Shown here piece after piece: positions 13,701 through 28,700 of a stretch of 64,000 nucleotides of DNA; positions within the stretch are counted from its first letter, which is position 1, and each line of letters opens with the position of its first letter. Made by a program: the position numbers and the translations under genes. The notes under the pieces were generated by a model, which was not told the DNA's origin, did no database searches, and saw only the letters and a program-made list of their open reading frames with translations. The stretch comes from Callorhinchus milii (lineage: Eukaryota), in assembly GCF_018977255.1 (NCBI RefSeq), contig NW_024704743.1:24678001-24742000 (forward strand), given 5' to 3'.

Positions 13701-16700
13701 TCCCTTGGACCCCAGATCTCCATTTCTACCACTTTCTCCATCTTCTCCCTGAAAACACAACAACCAAAAGTATATTGTAGAGGTACATTATTTTGAACTC
13801 ACAATGTAACGCGGAAGGCAAATTATTTATCTTTCTAAGTGTTACAATACCTGAAGACCAATGTCGCCAGAGCTGCCTTGCTCTCCCTAAAGAATTGAAA
13901 CACAAAAATGTTTTTATAATATAACAATATATAATCCTTGCATTTGATATAGCAATCACGTCGCTTCACACAATACATTGAACCCGGGTCCTCTCGTTTG
14001 CGAGGTAAGCACACTAACCACTACTCTACGGGACTCAACTTTAACTCAAATATCAAAGATGAATGAAATTTGTTGCTGGTGTTAAGTTAGGGGACACTTC
14101 TGGGAATTGTATCCCCACTATTTGGACTTTATGGCAATGATACAACAACACGCAAAGTAGCATCCTGGAGCGCTTGACAGTGTTGGAGTCTGACGCCAAG
14201 CCAGGGGAGAGGGAGTGGGGAGATGACTGTAAGCACATCAAAAAGGAAGGTCTTTAGGTGGGATTTGAAGGTGGGGAGGGAGGGGTCAAGGCAGAGCAAT
14301 TGAGGGAGAGAGTTCCAGATATTTAGGGTTTAGTGGGTGAAGGCACAGCCACTGATGGTGGTGCAGAGGGGACGTGGGACAAACAGGAGGCCAGTGTCAG
14401 CCGAGCAGAGGCAGCGGGTGGTGGAGTGGGGGTTAACCAGGTCAGATACATAGGGAGGTGTGAGGGCATGAAGGGATTTGAAATCGAGTGGAGGATCTTG
14501 AAATTGGTCCGTTTGGTCATTGGGAGCCACGGAAGCCTGGCAAGTTTTTGGATTCATTCAATTTTGTATGTGGAGCTGGGAAACCAGCGAGGAGGGCATA
14601 TCGGAATAGTCCAGCTATTTAGGCTGCGTTGTTTGTGGGGTACAGGCTGAGGTGGGCAATGTGATGGATGATAAGCAATCTCACATCAAATATTAGGCAG
14701 ATACAGACTTGGCTTTTTCTGCCTCAGTTGCTTAATATTCTTGAAACAATCCTTAGAAATTTTATATTTGGCTCCATTTTAATAATAACTATTTCCCAAA
14801 ATAACAAATCAAAACCTAAAAGCTGTTTTGAACCACAGGATGCTTGTTTGTTCATTGTAATCTGATTTAAGGTTCCTGGAAAGCTATCACTCAAGGATTT
14901 TGCTTTGTTTCGTCAAAGTATCCATTTTGTCAAATATTGGAGTATCTCCTCTGATGCGCTTCTTCTACTTCGCTAGAAATTGTAAAGAGGAATATTAGCA
15001 ACCATGGGGTGTAATTCAGAATGTTTTTGATGTGCTTTGTTGCGCTAACTGAAGAAAACATACAATTTTCACCTTATAAACGGATTAAATGGGCAAAATG
15101 CTACCTACAACAACAGCAACTTGCACCTATATAGCGCCCTCCAAACGGGGTAACGTCTCAGAGCGCTTAACAGTGGCGGAGCCTGCCTCCAAGCCAGGGG
15201 GAGGGGTGAGGTGGGATGTGGCCATAAACATGGTCGAAGAGGAAAGTTTTCAGGCAGGACTTGAAAGAAGGGAGAGAGGGGATAAGGCGGAGGGATTGAG
15301 GAAGAGTGTTCCAGAGCTTTAGGGCATTGTGGCTGAAAGCGCGACCTCCAATGTTGGGGCAGAGGGTGTGAAGGACGAGTAGGAGGCCAGTTCCAGTCGA
15401 GCGGAGGCGCTGGGTGGTGGATTGGGGAGTGAGGAGGTCAGAAAGGTTGGGAGGTGCCAGGGAGTGAATAGATTTGAACACGAGTGTGAGGATCTTGAAG
15501 TCGATCTGTTTGGTGATAGGGAGCCAGTGGAGCCTGGCTAGAACTGGTGAGATATGGGTACGGAGTTTGGTCCGGGTCAGGATGCGGGTGGAAGAGTTTT
15601 GAATGAGCTGGATCTTGTGAATGGGGGAGCTGGGGAGCCCGGGAAGGAGTGTGTTTGAGTAATCCAGGCGGGAGATGACAAACGTATGCACAAAGGTTTC
15701 GGCTGTATTTGGGGTAAGGTACGGTTGGAGGCGGGCAATGTGGCGGAGGTGGAGGAAGGCGGTCCTGGTCAGGGACTGGATGTGGGGGAGGAAGGACAGC
15801 TGGGGGTTGAACCAGACGCCTAGGTTGCACGCTGGTTCAGTGATTCTGAGGAGTCTATCTACATTTTGTAAGAGAGGGCAAATAGTAGTAATAGAAATAG
15901 TAGCATTAAAAATATTGTATTTTGCACTGTATTTTCTTTTCCTGTTATAGACCACAACAACTTCAACAACTTGCACTTACATAGCACCCTCTACTCAGGA
16001 TAGTGTCTTAGAGCACTTAATGAACAAACAATTAATTTAAATAGACTCCATTGGAAAAGCATTCCATTTCATCTGCTGGCACATTTTGCAATGTTCATTG
16101 ATTTTAGCTGAGCCACAGCATTTGGCTTTTTTGTTATCTTCCTGTGCATTTGAATACTGGACAAAGCTTTGGGTCACTGCAAGTTTGTTCCTAATTTGAC
16201 TTCCATTTTTAGTCCCGATCACAGAGAGTGGTGTTTCTAGCGCTGAGACAGAGAATGAACCCTTGATTCCAAGAAATTGAAATTAGCATTCATACTTGGC
16301 ACTCTCGATTTTGTTTGGTTACTTTTAAAGATATTGATGGTTTCCACTCGTGTCAGAGACCTGTCTGGTCAAAAAAAATATACAACTTCATGGGATACTG
16401 TCTTCATTTAGGTTCATCTAGGCCAGTTTTCCATGAAGCAGTACTGGAACGCCATCATCAGAAAAAGGATGTACGTCCAAAACCGATCAATATTTATTGA
16501 CTGAAATTGTAATTTCTTTTACAGACTCAATGTGATGATTATATCAAATCTGTTCTCAAACATTGATAGTAATACCAATGGTACTTTGCTTAGGGCAGAG
16601 AGGAGATAGCTTTATTCTACATCTCACTGTGCTCTAATAACTTAGGAACAAGAGTAGGCCATTCAAGCCCTCAAGCCTGTTCTGCAATTCTATTAGATCA

Positions 16701-19700
16701 AGGTTCTACCCAGTCATGGGAGGGCTTATATAGGTAGTTAATGTGGGAAACGGTTCCATTGCTTAACAGGAATATGCTATTGATGAGCACAACATTGACA
16801 ACCTCGACCCCCCCCCCCCCCCCCCACCCCAACACCACCCAAAAAAAGATTCTACATTCACAAACAAATACAATAAACTAGTAAAATGGTTTGTTACCTT
16901 TTTTCCTTTCGATCCTGGAAGGCCATAACCAGCCCTGCCTTCAAAGCCCTGTGTGAGAAATAACAGTGTATTTAGTAACATATAAAATATTTTGGTGTGG
17001 ATCAACTGCAATGTTTTAGCTCAGCACAAATTTAGCAATTTGAGGACTGAAATAGCAATAGATACCAATAACAGGTTCTCAACAGAATCACAGTAAATTT
17101 GTAATCATTTGTAATAATTCCTTAAATTCAGTTTTGTCAGATACGGCTTATGCGAGTTTTACTTTACATGTAGTTTGATAGTAAATAACAATTATCCCCA
17201 TACTCATTCAACTCAAATTGACTTATCATTTTCATATGGTTCTTTTAGACGTCTCAAAGCGCTTCACAGAATACACTGTAAATGACTGAACATTTGTGGC
17301 AGAAACGCAGTAGCCAAATGCGCACAGCAGTGTCCCACAAACAGTCATGGATTGAAATGACCAATTTATTATTTTTTTCTTGAGAGATTATTATCAGAAG
17401 TGTGGAGTAAGGAAACTCAATTCCATTGCCTGAAATCTTGGACTGTCTCCAAACCCACCCACTCTCCCTGGCAGAACAGCCACCTCCACTCCCTTAAATC
17501 CCAAATCTGTAGTCGAGTGTGGAGTAAGGAAACTTGCGCAAGATTTCCCTCTGCCAGAATCGAACCCAGGTTTCTCACCTGTGCGGGAGTGCTCTAACCA
17601 CTGAGCTACTGGACTTTTGCACAGTGGCACAACATTCACAACTCTCCAGTCCCTTGGAATACTTCCCATCTTTAAGCAATTCAGAAGTATGTCATCCACT
17701 TCAATGTTTCACTCTAACTTTGTGGTCTGGTTGCTTTTGCTTCGACTGTCTGGAATTAGGTTTTCTGCCTATCCATTTACATTCAGAAAAATAGTATTCT
17801 CTCTCAAAATGTTACGTTTGCCTCTAAACAAGTCAGAAATTACAAATGAAATATTGTGTGTCCCCTGGTAATGCTGTCCCCCTTATCGAAGCCTGCACAC
17901 CTGCCTACACTTTCCACCCCCTACCCCCTGCCCCAACTAACATGGAGGTGGGGTAACTCTCTTTTCCCAAAACTAGGGTCTACTCGCCCATTCCACTGGC
18001 TCCTTCACATCCTTTGAGTACCTCACGCTATATCATCCCTCCTTTCTCTCCTTCAAAATCCTCCTAGTCTACCAACGCCCCCCCACCCAACTACCTCCAC
18101 CAACCAACCAGCTGGCTCGCTCCTCTTAGACATCTTTTCTCTCCTCTCATCCCTCGGCCACAGCACTGATTTCGACCTTTACCTCAAATCCTCTTCTCCT
18201 CCCTAAAGCTCATCCCCCAAATAAACTCCCAACCCATAACCGTGGCCACCCCTCGACCTCATCACAACTCATGGCCTTGACATCTCAGATCTATCCATCA
18301 TGGACAAGGCCAGCTCTGCCCATTTCCTCATCTCCCTCTCCTCTTATATCCCCCTCCCCTCCTCCAAGCCTTCCATTATCTTTTTTCCTCCCTTGGAAAA
18401 AGTTTTTCCCCACCTACAAGTCCCTCACAACTGTTCTTCCTCTGGCCTTCTTCCTGCAGTGATCCTGATGCAGCTGTCAAGTTGCTAAACAATTATATCT
18501 TCTGAACCTTCAATTCCATTGCCTGAAATCTTGGACTGTCTCCAAACCCACCCACTCTCCCTGGCAGAACAGCCACCTCCACTCCCTTAAATCCCAAATC
18601 TGTACAGTCGAGCACAGATGGCACAAAACCGGCCTCACAGTTCACCGACAGCTGTGGTTCGAACATTGTCATACCCAACGTCTCTCACTCTCACAAGCCC
18701 AGAGTGGTTTTTATTCCTAGGCCATTCTGGATGCCCCAAATAATCCCAAAGTGCTGTTTTCCACCATTCAACAACAACAAATTACATTTGTATAGAGCAA
18801 AGAATTCCTAAACAACTTTGTCTTTATCACTCTCGATCCCTCGAACCTTACAAACCATTTCTGGCTTGCATTTCCTTGCTCACCATTAATCCACGAGGTC
18901 CAGTGGTCCTCTCTCACCCTTGTTGCCAGGTTCTCCAAACTGACCCTGTGAAACAATTTTACTTAGAATAAGAATAAATTGGCAATGGACACATTGTGGA
19001 AAAGACAGTGTCAATAACCTGTAAAATGTTTAGACTAAAAGCATTAACCAGGATGAACCTATAGTGTGCTCAGTTGAGAAAAACTTCCACATTCCACAGT
19101 TGAGACTTGTCATAAAAATAATAATTTTTCGCGTCACAAATATATGAGAGGCATCAACAGTGGTGCAGTCTGCAAATTAAGTCATTTCAAAAATATATTC
19201 CTTCTTATAATGGGTTAAACAAATAGCAGAAGATAACACTTACATTTGGTCCTTTTCCTCCATCGTTGCCTTTGCTCCCTTTGCGACCTGGAGCCCCAAG
19301 TCTACCCTGTCAAATGAATGACATTAAAAATCTCATTAACACTTCATGGCGCAACATTTTGTGGAGTCTCAGCACTGTGCCTGCTTGAAATGGATAGTTT
19401 TTTTTAAAAAAATTAGCCTCGGGAGCCTTCAACCTTCTTGGCCAGTTATTAGCAAAAACATAATTCTAATACTAAAAATCTACAGTTAAAAAGCTATTTT
19501 GGGGGCTAGAATGCAGAAAGCAAAATCAATTGTACAGTAAACAAAAACAATATTTCAGTTCTTAAAAGGTTAAAGTGAGGACTCGGTATCGGGAAGTGCT
19601 AGACATGTTCAGTCTCAAATATCTTGGATGTGCAGGAAATGAGCAAAGAATATGATCCCCAGTATTAGAGAAAAGAGCTATGAACAATGAATAGACAAGC

Positions 19701-22700
19701 TAGAGCTCTTCACTCTGAGAGAAGACAACTCAGAGAGGATCTCATAGATGTGCATAACATTTTAGACGAGATTTAAAAAGTCAACCCAGAACGATATTTT
19801 AGGATGTACCAAGCAGTAGAAGATGACATAGATTTAGGGTTAAATGGCAATATCAGGACAGATACCAAGATGTTTTTCTTTACACAGGTGCAATTAATGA
19901 CTGGAACAGATTTCTAGGAAGGCTGATTGCGGCCAGGACACTGCATTCATTTAAAAAAAACAGCTTGATGTTATGATGGAAAGCTGGCTGTTCTGGAGGG
20001 ATAAGATAAGATGGGGTGAAGATCCTTCTTCATCCAGACTAATCTTGGGATCTTGTGAACATGCTGTAAGGGAGCAAGGAGTCTAAATGGCTCCAGGTCT
20101 TCACATCGCATAAGATCAACCGGCTTGGGACCAACATCGAAAAGTACTGCATTATCTACAAGTTGTTGACTGCATCTGGGTCATCAACATAAAACACATC
20201 ATGTAAACAAAACCTTTTGGGGGAGGGGGGAAGCAAATTTACTGCTAAAAGCTGCCCTAGCATGTTCAATGTTTCTATTCTCTCACTAAACTATTCTCAG
20301 CAAGTGTAGAAATCAATAATTTGCTTAAGATCATCTTTCAAAGAGGGTGAATAATCTCTAAGGGCATGAGGCACTCACACTGAGTGGATCTATGCCTAAC
20401 ATTGTAATATATCAAATGAATGTACGTGAGGATTTTTATTAATAATAATAATAATCCTTGCATTTGATTTAGCGCTTTTCACGTTGGGAGGACGTCCATG
20501 TGGATTCAGGAAATTAGCCAAATGCTTTATTTTCCAAAGATACTACTGACACATAGGACAAGGGTAATGCAGTTAATATAAGTATTTGTATTTTACTAAG
20601 GCTATTAATGGCTACGGTTTGGGCAATGGTATATATAACAAACAAACAGAAACCAGAGCGCCACAATAAATGGGAACTTTTCAGATTGGAGGGAGGTTAT
20701 GAGAGAGAGAAATTCATGGGTTGGATTTAGAGAACTTACTACTTTCAATAAAATACAAGCATAATCTCCCAGTTTCTGGATGACGCTGAAATAAGATGTA
20801 CAGCAAATAATAATGAAGGAAGCAATCAGATTTTAGATTTAGACTTCTGAATGCTCTCATCTGCTGTTTAATGGGGACAAGTGCAAGATAATTAACTGTG
20901 GGATAAAGAAAACAAAAGCAAGATATTCCAACTATATCTGGCAAGTTTTATTAAATAGATAATGGGTTAATTTTTCTATCCATATATTTCCTGTGAAACA
21001 GAATGAAATCTATAGGAAATAAGGATATTTCTGCAATTTTCAAACCAAAGCAAATACATCATGTTTGATGTGCGACTGAACAAAATATTTCAGACAATTG
21101 TAAACATGTGTTCTTATACTGTATCCTACCAATTCTTTCTTCTATTTTTCAAAAGACATGTCTCAAATGTGCTTCTATGAGTGCATTTATGATCATCAAG
21201 CTGTTTGTTACATGCAGCCAGAGATGTGACCTCAGCAACCTGTACCAATAATGCCTCAAGCTGTTAATTATCTTCTAGGCAAGAAATATCTCCAGGCATC
21301 TAAACGTTTTCTTCACAACCTGTAACTTCTTGTCCTGATGCCCTCGTGTACCTCAAAATATTCTTCTGGATTTATTTAATCCCATTAGGCATTTTATATA
21401 CAATAGTACTCTGTTGTAACAAAATAGTTAGCATCCCACCTTGTAACGGGATGTGGTTTCTGGTCAGTGCATTCATAACTTGCATTTATATAACAGTCTT
21501 CCCATAGGGTAACATCTCACAGCACTTTACAAGGAAGGAGTTGGACTTTGAGCAGGGGAAAGGGAGAAGGGGAGAGGGCCTAGGTATGTTCAAAGAGGTA
21601 GGATCTGAAGCAGGATTTGAAGACTGAAAGATAAAGGGTGAGACAAAGTGGTAGAGGGGGTAAATTCCAGAGGGATTTAGACATGCTTGAAAGCGAGAAG
21701 TATCAAAGAATATGAGCAAGGGGCAGGACAGTGCAATTAAACTGTGTGGCTCACTTGGACAAAAACACCAGTGCAGAATTAATGGGCTGAGTGGCTAGTT
21801 TCTGTGCTGTCACGTACAACAGGCATGATCCAGCAACCAAGTGGTTTATCAAGATTTAAATGCACTACAAACCTGCACACCTCTGGGTCCTTGTTCTCCT
21901 TTAGGGCCTTGCTGTCCAGGGAGTCCCTCTGTGTTCTATAACAGAACAAACATGTTTCACAAATTGCTTGTAAATTTGAAAAAGTTGTTCGTTAAATGTA
22001 CTAATTTCCACTGCAAAAATTTGAGAGCATGTATTATCCACAGATCTAAAGATGTTTATCTCAATACGTTAATTAGGTAAATTGGTTCCCATTTACAAGT
22101 CCCTCAATTTAAATTTAGTGTCAGAGTCATGTGTTTCTAAACTACAATGACAATTTGTATTTGTATAGCACCTTTCACGCAGGATAGTGCCTCAGAGGGT
22201 TTAACAATGGTGGACGCCGATACTGAGTCTGGGAGAGGGAAGGTGGCAACATTAGACACAGTCCAAGAGAAAGGTCTTCAGGTGTGAATCTAAGGGGGTC
22301 AACAAGGGGAAAGGCAGAAGGATTGGGGGAGAGAGTTCCATAGTTTGGGAGCGTAGTGGTTGAATGCATGGTTGATGGGTGGAGCGGAATGGACAAGGAA
22401 GAATGCAGGAGGTTGGAACCGCTGTCATCACACCCCTCCTCAAAAAAATCACCCTCAATCACACTAATCTCTCACACTACCACCCCATTTCCAACCTACG
22501 CTTCCTTGTTAAAGTCCTGGAACACATTGTTGCAGGTCAACTTCGGACACACCTCTTCCTCCACTGCCTCCTCGAACCCCTGCAATCTGGTTTTTGCTCT
22601 GCCTACAGCACAGAGACAGCGCTTGTCAAAGTCACAAACGACATCCTCACTCTTTGTGACCAGAGATCCCTCTGCCTACTCGTCCTCCTGGATCTCTCTG

Positions 22701-25700
22701 CCGCATTCGACACAGTGGACCACGCCATCCTTCTCCACCACCTCTCCTCCCTCATCCACCTTAGTGGGACCGCGCTCGCATGGCTCGAGTCCTACTTAAC
22801 CAACCGCCTCCACTTCATCTCGGCAAATGGTCTCTCGTCCCGCTCCCACTCAGTCGCCTGTGGGGTACCCCAGGGCTCCATCCTTGGTCCCCTTCTTTTC
22901 TTCATCTATATGCTCCCTCTTGGTGATGTCATCTGCACACACGGTGCAAACCTTCACATGTATGCGGATGACACACAAATCTACTTTGCCTCCTACAGTA
23001 CCAACTTCAGGTCCACCAATGTTGTATCAGCTTGTCTGGTGGATGTCAAGGCCTGGATGAGTGTAAACTTGCTGCAGCTGAATGTAGACAAGATAGAAGT
23101 CATACTCTTTGGCACCCATCAATGGTTTCACTCCTGCAGGTCTGAACTCCTCAACCTCCCTGGGCTCTCCCTCAGACTCACCAAACCAGCACGCAATCTA
23201 GGCGCCCAGTTCGAACCCCAACTATCCTTCCTCCCCCACATCCATTCCCTGACCAGGACCGCCTTCCTCCACCTCCACTACATTGCTCACCTCCGAACGT
23301 ACCTTACTCCAAATGCAGCCAAAACCCTCGTGCATGAGTTTGTCACCTCCTGCCTGGATTATTCAAACACACTCCTCACTAGTCTACCCAGCTCCACCAT
23401 TCAAAAAAATTCAGCTCATTCAGAACTCTGCTGCCTGTATACTGACCTGTCCAAATTCCGTACCCACGTCTCACCAGTTCTAGCCAGGCTCCACATCACC
23501 AAATGGATTGACTTGCAGATCCTCACACTTGTGTTCAAATCCCTTCACTCTCTGGCACCTCCCTACCTCTCCGACCTCCTCACTCCCAAATCCACCACCC
23601 AGCGCCTCCACTTGACTGGCACCGGCCTCCTGCTCGTCCCTTGCATCCTCCGTCCCACCATCGGAGGTCACGGTTTCAGCCACTACGCCCTGAAACTCTG
23701 GAATACTCTCCCTCAATCCCTCTGCCTTACCTCCTCTCTCCCCTTTTTCAAGTTCCACCTGAAAACCTTCCTTTTCGACCATACTCATGGTCCCCCCACA
23801 CCCCCCCACCCTGTTCGGAGTCAGGCTCCGCTACTATTTAAGAGCTCGGAGATGCTACCCTGCATTGAGGGCACTATGTAAGCGCAAGGATGTTGTTGTG
23901 AATATATTTGGGATATCCTCCCAACATGAAAGGTTCCGTATAAATGTAAATTGTGTCAAGAGTGTCCAAACCAGATGGAAGGTTCCATCTATGCATGGAA
24001 ATTTCTCTGTGTCTGGAATGAAATGTGCACTCTTGTTGTATTGGCGCATGGTGGCAACCAAGGCTCTTGGAACCCCAGATTGTGCGTTGGGGTACTGCTG
24101 AAGTCTACGCAGTTAAAACCGCATAGCTTACCATTGTCTGGGTAGCTTCCTGTTGCTTGTCCAGCTAGGCCCACCCTACCCATTCAGGATAGAGTGGTGA
24201 TAGCTAGACAAATTTCACCCCAAACCTTAGTGTTATTTTTTACTTGGAGATAAAGTTGTCCTCCTGAGAAATATTTTGTGACTGTTTTACAGAACAGCAG
24301 AGTGTGCCCAAATCAGTTTGGAAAATGCGGGTTCACAGGCATTTATAGGTACTGTTTATTGCTGGTTCCTACCGCTGGGCCTTGAGGTCCTGGATCTCCT
24401 TTACGGCCTCTTTCACCAGGCTGGCCATTCTCTCCCTGAGAACAAGACACTAATGTCATTTTATAACTCAAACAGGATACACTTTATCACAATACTGAAA
24501 AAATGATTTGGTTGGCAGCATGGTTGGAATGTGGAATTTGCAGCCACGGCCATAGTTGAGGCAGAGTCCATGAATTATTTTAAAAGGGAAATAGACACAC
24601 TTGAGAATGAGAAATATTAAAGGATATGAAGAGCAAACATTTAGGCTGGGTGGCTCAGGTGGACAAAAAACAGTGCCATTTTGATGGACTGAATGGCCTC
24701 TTTCTCTGCTATAACGTACTGCTTGGTAATAATAGTAACAACACTTCTGCTTGATAGAAAAGTAAAATTTGCAGTATTTCTTAACATAGGCCCGCTTTTA
24801 ATTGGCACAGACTAAGAATGTGCTAAGCAAGAGCTGAAAAATGATTGTTTAACTAATTACTGTTGGCAACGACAACAAATTATATTTGTGAAACGCCTTT
24901 CACGTTGGGAGGACATCCAATTCCGAATAAAATCAGGAGACACTGGACATTAAAGAATAAATGGACAAAAGAGGGACAGGCATATTGCATAAACAAGAAA
25001 AAGATAAGAAGCAGTTTCAAAGAAAACAAATGTTTGGCTCTAAGAGGGCCAGTTGATCAAGATTAAAAGGACAGCTACGCATGCTGTTCAGAAATGAAGG
25101 TTGTAAAAGTTACGAGCAAAATTGAGGTACAAAAAGAAGTAGATATGCAAAACATACACTCAGCCTGCAGAGTTGTCTCAAGGTGGGACAGTGGTGATTG
25201 GAGCAATGAAAGAAAATAAAGCACATGGATAGATGAGGAAATATAGAAATTTGGAAGAAGGAGCAGAGAGAAACAGAAGAGGGGCAGAGAAAAGACAAAG
25301 AAAGAGCAATAAGAGGAAATGAAACACTGACAACATAGAATTAAAAACAAAAGCAAGGCAAAGTAAAGGACTATGAAGAGAGAAACGCAAACAATGTTAA
25401 AAATATTAGAGTGCAACATAAACACAGCAAAACATTTACATAGCACCTTTTCACGTCGGAAGGACGTCTCAAAGCACTCAACACTGCTGGCTGGACATCT
25501 GAGCTGGGGGTGGGAGCCGAGGGAGATTGGGTGGGGTCGAATGGGGAAAAGGTTACCAAAAGCGCTGTCCAAGTGTTAGGTCTTGATGTGCCTTGAAAGA
25601 GCAGAAGGAAGGATGGAAGGAAGGAGCGAGTTTGAGGGCCTCCAAGAAAGGAGCTTCAAAGATCCGGGGCAAAATAGCAATGGTGGGGCAGATGTAGCTG

Positions 25701-28700
25701 GGGGGATATGAAGCAAGCTGGAATTTGCTGTGGTTGTGTGGACAGACGTGAGCGGAGTCAGTGAGGGGCTAAGATAACGGAGGGTCTGGGGTACATGAGG
25801 AGCAGGAACAGTGAGAGAACGCAGCGCAGGAGCCTTTTTCGAGGCCGGCGGGCGATCGGTGAGTGAAGTCAGGTACGGGAGACTGGGTAACGGCTGGGCT
25901 AGGCCCAGAGGAGCTATTGTCAAATCTCCCGACTAAACCAACGGTGAAGTTCCTGGGGTTAAGGAGGTGCTAAGTAGAGTAACCGACAAAGGAAAGCCGA
26001 TAAATTACTTATTTACACTCGAATATTTAACAGTATAATAAATTAACAATAACAAATTACATTTGTAAAGCGCCTTTCATGTCAGGAGGACGTTCCAAGG
26101 CACTGGACAGTCAGGGATTTGGACCCAAGCAGGGTGTTAGGATCAGGAGTGTGGAGGGCAGGCAGGGTAGGGATAGGAGGGTGGCCATATGCAGTCGGTG
26201 AGGAGTGTCTTGAGATCGGTCTTGAAACAGACAAGGGAGGGAGCAAGGCGAAGGAACTAAGGGTTGAATGGGAAACATGGAGCAGGTTGGAGCCCCTTAA
26301 AGGGCTACTAAACAACTAAACTAAAATAATAAATAAAAAGCAAGGGCATAAATCCTAACCAGTAGCGTTAAGTAAATAAAAGTCAATAAATAAAAATAGA
26401 AAATAAATAAGTGCTGTAAAAAAAAATTAAATAAAGAATAGAAAATGGCAGCACAGGGACTGTGTCAAGACTGCAGAATGTGGGGAAATTGTGGGCAGTG
26501 AGACTGTCCCAGATGATCACATCTATGGGAATTGTCTTGAGTCACTCTGGCTCAGAGTCTTTGAGTTGCACTGCAGGTTAGAGACACTCCCACTCCTGAA
26601 GAGTATCCAAACCAAGATGAGATTTCCATGAATCCCACCTACACATGGAAATCCCAGAGATGGATTGTTGGAATGGAATTCACACTCTCTCCCGGAGAGA
26701 TGCATCCTGCTTACCTAATTCCAGAAACTATTAGACGCAGAACCAACAACATAGGAAAGAACAGGAAAGGGGTCCTGCTAAGGGAGTATCAGAAGCTAAC
26801 AGCTAAATTAAATAACAGGACATTGAGATTGGTAATCTCTGGGTTACTACCTGAGCCACATGCAAATTGGCAGAGGGATAAACAGATCAGAAACATAAAT
26901 GAGCAGTTGAAAGAGTGGTGTGGGATGGAGGAGTTCCATTTTCTGGCACCCAGGTAATAGTACTGGGACAAGAAGCAGCTGTACTGCTGGGATGGGTTAC
27001 ACCTGAACTGGGCTGGGACCAAAGTCCTAGTGGAAAGGATAAATGGAACTGTAGAAAAGGCTTTAAACCAGTAAAAGATGGGGTTGGGTGCAGGGTAGAA
27101 ATAACAGTAAACTAAAGATAAGGATGGATAAAAGCAAAGGTCAGAGCACAAAAAGTGATAAAGAAAACATACATACTCCGAGAAGAAAAAGGGTTACAGG
27201 AAATAAAAAGTATGACATGCCAAAAAGTGTGAGAAAAACACCGTCAGGGCATATAGGCAGGGGGAGGACAGTTACCCAAGTAAGTGTTCTGTATACAAAT
27301 GTACGTAGCATAAGAAATAAGATAACTTAGAAGTACACATTTAGCTTAAAGGTTATGATGTAGTAGCTATTACAGAGACCTGGCTACAAGTTGGGCATGA
27401 TTGGGAACTAAATATTTCAGGCTATAAAATCTCTGGAAAGGACATGGAAATTGGGAAAGGAGGAGGTGTAGCAATATTGACAAAATTACAGCAGTAGAAA
27501 GAAAGGATTTCAGTGAGGGGGATCAGGCTGTGGAAACACTATGGGTAGAATTAAGGAACAGCAAAGGAGGCAAGACTGGTGGGAGACAGGGTCTGTGGAG
27601 ATCAGGGAAGCATGCAGCAAAAGCAATGTGGTTATAATGGGTTATAAATGGGTTTAATTTTCACAGACTGGGAACAGCTTAAGTAGGAAAGATAACCAAT
27701 TTATGGAATGTATTCAGGACAGATTTCTGGAACAATACATTTTAGCATCGACAAGGGAACATGCCATACTAGATTTGGTGATGAGTAACAAACCAAAATT
27801 ACTTAATAATCTGACTATAAGGGAACATCTTACAAATAGTGACAATTTAACATAAGGTTTGAGAGGGAGAAAGGAGAGTCGCAAACCACGATTTTAAATT
27901 TAAGTAAAGCAAACTTCGAAGGGAGGAGAAATCAATTAACTATGGTAAACTGGGCTGAACTGTTAATGGGTAAACCCACAGACATACAGTGGGAAGTACT
28001 CAAGCAGATTTGGTACAATACAAAACCAGTACATACCCCTAAAACACAAAAGCTCCACTTGGGATAGTTCAACACTTGGGATGGTCGACAAATGAGGGAA
28101 GAGACAGCAAACTTGAAAGCAAAGGCTTACACTAATGCAAGAAAATGAAAATCCAATGGACTGGGAGACTTATAAAAAGCACCAAAGAGATACAATGAAA
28201 ATAATAAGAGGTGCAAAAAGGGAATGAGAAAAAGAACTTGCAAGGGATATCAAGGGCAACAGTAAAAGTTTTATCAATATATTAAGAGAAAGAGAGTGGT
28301 AAAGGGGAATGTGGGCCCATTAAAAACAGATGTAGGTGAGACTAATAGACGATCAGGAAACGGTACGCTTTTTGAATGAATACTTTGTTTCCGTTTTCAC
28401 AGTAAAGGAAGAGGACAGAATACCAGCGGTACAAGGGAACCTAAAAATAAGCCAAAGAGAAGTACTAAATGGATTAAGTATAAATTTTAAAAATGGAGAA
28501 AATAATGGGACTAAAGATAGACAAATCTTCAGGACCTGATGGATTTTGTCTCGGGGTATTAAAAGAAATAGGGGAGGAAATTACAGATGCATTAATCATA
28601 ATTTTCTAAAGCTCTCCACATTCAGGAATTGTGCCCTTGGATTGCAAAATTAAACGGTAAAGTGACTGAGCTCTGGGACAAGGATGAGCTAATTAAAAAT

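Noticed and set aside
22145..22430. Head-to-head L2 junction as a twin-priming 5' inversion
   Set aside because: Both pieces have their own 3' tails and are diverged from each other, so they are two independent insertions.
22379..23881. 500-aa open RT ORF as a domesticated or active gene
   Set aside because: The ATG comes from an adjacent antisense L2 fragment, the endonuclease is missing, and the frame slips near 23400-23460 and is restored by a compensating indel. It is a truncated L2.
25075..25572. 165-aa hydrophobic ORF as a membrane protein
   Set aside because: Reverse translation of an A/G-rich low-complexity tract joined to an L2 tail.
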